A DNA stretch of 64,000 bases, from NCBI GenBank assembly GCA_965198225.1, contig CBDAOY010000006.1, positions 480,001 to 544,000 on the forward strand, in the 5' to 3' direction. A model generated the notes under the pieces. It saw only the letters and a list, made by a program, of their open reading frames with translations. It did not search any database and had not been told where the DNA came from. Shown here piece by piece: positions 61,830-64,000 of the stretch. This stretch comes from Terriglobia bacterium. Its GTDB lineage: Bacteria; Acidobacteriota; Terriglobia; 20CM-2-55-15. Position 1 is the first letter of the stretch. The number at the start of each line of letters is the position of its first letter. Position numbers and translations under genes: made by a program.

Positions 61830-63231
61830 ATGCCAAACGACAACTTTTCGACGGTGCTGGAGATTCGCTCATGAGTATCAAAGACTGGGGCCCCATTGGC
61901 CCCGTGACGCTGTGGTCGGAACCGGAGAATAACGGACAGATCATTCACGACGCCATCGTCGGTGCGCAGCGTGGACATCCCGATCTGGGAGATCGGTGGT
62001 CCGCAGATCATGAAAGCACTGACCGCGGCGAAGAAAAACGGCGTCGCGACCCGCATCATGTTCAACGGAAATTTCGGATTCGGGCCGGACAAGAACAATT
62101 TTCGTTTCGACCAGGTCTACTCGGTAATCGACACCCTGACGGCCAACGGACGGCGACGGTAAGCTCGCCTTCCATTGGGCTTCCAACAACTTCAGCATCA
62201 CCCATCAGAAGACCGTCATCATCGATGCCTTCAAGGATGGCCGGCGATTGCCGGCGGAAGACCTGCCGGATACCGCGAAGGCGCTGGTGCTGACCCTGAA
62301 CATCTGTCCATATGCCTGGATGGTGTCCCAATCCGGCGATCGCGCGCGCATGCCCTGGGTATTCTGGGGTAAAGACCAGCCCGACATCGGTTTCCCGATC
62401 CGCGATTTCGGAGCCGTTGTGACAAAGCCCGAGCTCGTTGCCTTGATCGCAGCGGTCTTCGAAACCGACTTCAACGTCGCACCGCCCGATTTCATCATTG
62501 ATTTGAAGAGCATGCAGAACGGACTGGTCTGGAGCAACGGCACAACCGGGATCACGCCCAACAAGGTCGGCGAATATCCGCATGACAAGAATGTCTACCC
62601 AGCCTTCAACCCCCAATCGCTCGGCGCGATGAAGACCGCCCTCGATCAAGGGAATTCCGTGCAAGCCCACCTCGATATCATCAACGCCGCACAGAAGACA
62701 CTGATCATCTACAACGAAGAAATGGCCGACGAACAACTGGTCGACGCCGTTGCGACCCGGGCAAAGGCCAACGTCGATGTGCGTGTCATCCTGACCGGGA
62801 ACGTACGCAGTTCACAAAAGGACGGGCTGTATTACGCCTACTACTGGAACTACGACACGCTGGCGAAGGCCGGCGTCAAAATTCGACTCTATCCGGCGGA
62901 GGGTCAGTGGATGTATATCCACGCCAAGGTCCTGCTCGCCGATGCCCGTGCGTCAAACGCCATCGCGTTCATGGGATCGGAAAACATCGGCGGCAATTCA
63001 TTGCACTTCAATCGTGAGCTCGGCCTCATCCTGCAGGGCGAGAATGACACCAGCCTCTTTGTCGAGACCTTCGAAAAGGACTGGCAAAAAGAGGACCTGA
63101 TCGATTGGCCGAGCGACGGCAGTGCACCCACTCCAAACCCGGTTTCCGAGAAGGGCGTCCCGGTTTTTGAGGCCACAGCTCAGGAGTACATCCCGATAAA
63201 GGCGGGACCCGTTCAGCCGCGTGATTCGTGA
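61830..63231 (+). pseudogene. Phospholipase D / cardiolipin-synthase-like protein with two HKD motifs, frameshifted in the 5' part
   Basis: THQKTVIID (~62200) and IHAKVLLAD..GSEN; fragments in ORFs 61871, 61962 and 62248; AGGAGA RBS before ATG 61830. Confidence 0.8.
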
Positions 63232-63400
63232 CTGGGCCGCAAACGGTGTCAGGAATCCGTAGATCTTGCAATGCCTGCTCACTCAGGCGTTCCCACGTAG
63301 GGATCGGCGCGTTCGAGCCTTCTTTCAGATTTGCTCGCCCAGGGTCGAACGGAGTCAAAGTCGCACAGCAGTTACGGACTGTGATAAGGCCCCGTGGACC

Positions 63401-63754
63401 TTAGTAGGGCCCGGCAACGACCGAGCCGGTACTGCCTCGACCGTCCTGACAACGGGATCCGACCGGAAGAGGATCCATGGGGGCATAGTCCTGTGTTTCA
63501 CCGGCCCGTGGGCCCGAGTTAAAGCGGCAGAGGGTGCTCAACTTCTGGAGGCCAGGTTTCGTGGTGTTCTCGGTAGGGGCGGCACTGGCTTCCATGACAA
63601 GATCAACAGCGAGAGCCGCATTCGACGCAGGCCGATCTGTAAAGACACCTAGCCATGCAGAAACACCACCACCGGCAGCCAGCAGTCCCACAAACGTACC
63701 GACAAGAAGCTTCGTCCACGGGAGCCAATTCGTATTGTTGTTGTCTCTGGTCAT
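63401..63754 (-). CDS. Small single-TM protein with a Cys-containing extracellular module
   Basis: AAGGAG RBS; TM; STLCRFNSGPRAG...PVGSRCQDGRGSTG. Confidence 0.65.
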   Translation of the reverse strand: MTRDNNNTNWLPWTKLLVGTFVGLLAAGGGVSAWLGVFTDRPASNAALAVDLVMEASAAPTENTTKPGLQKLSTLCRFNSGPRAGETQDYAPMDPLPVGSRCQDGRGSTGSVVAGPY

Positions 63755-64000
63755 TTCAGCGCTCCTTTAGCCATTCACCCGAAATAGTCTGTTTAGCTTC
63801 TGCTCATCAACCTGAAGGCAAGCGCGCGACCATGGTTTTCCGAATAGCCAGGCAGCAGCCTAATCTGATGAATGTAATCGGCTTATTTGCCCATTCACCT
63901 TCGCTAACCATCTGGGCTACAACCCTGACGGCCAATCTCTTCCGATAGGCCAACTATCAAGCTGGAATTTCCGATTTGGACCTCCGGCCGCCAAACGGTA

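Noticed and set aside
1-64000. rRNA, tRNA, CRISPR-Cas or prophage genes
   Set aside because: No recognisable signatures by eye; a tRNAscan/Infernal run would be needed to exclude small RNAs.

Overview
GC-rich bacterial chromosomal segment, most likely Acidobacteriota. That assignment is an inference from the ADOP/MacB-type permease, the Oar-like TonB-dependent barrel and the TIGR02999-type ECF sigma + Ser/Thr kinase pair. The window is dominated by exported hydrolases and peptidases (S9, CocE/NonD, two class C beta-lactamase-fold serine hydrolases, M16, matrixin, S41-like, two DUF1028). It also carries a gluconate-2-dehydrogenase-like pair, an orphan TRAP DctP, an Omp85-DUF4390-NtrY/NtrX-like operon, a TetR-UbiB/ABC1-...-Coq4-like cluster, Ada, an ABC-2 exporter and a frameshifted two-HKD phospholipase D. 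Mobile DNA: an integron integrase with no visible cassette array, an IS1380-family element at its 5' end flanked by an anomalous 61-bp direct repeat, two related ~276-bp CTAG-bounded MITE-like elements sitting on TAG stop codons, and GTAG-type REP doublets. The best candidates for undescribed biology are (1) an uncharacterised 2x[4Fe-4S] protein + Cys/His-motif partner behind the GMC/TRAP genes, (2) the Coq8-like kinase + Coq4-like cluster under a TetR operator, (3) the Omp85-led NtrYX operon, (4) the MITE family, and (5) a repeated C-terminal domain shared by two unrelated secreted proteins. About ten genes carry deletions, tandem duplications or frameshifts, so either genome decay or consensus errors affect this contig. 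No rRNA, tRNA or CRISPR array was recognised. All family calls are from motif recognition by eye, not database searches.
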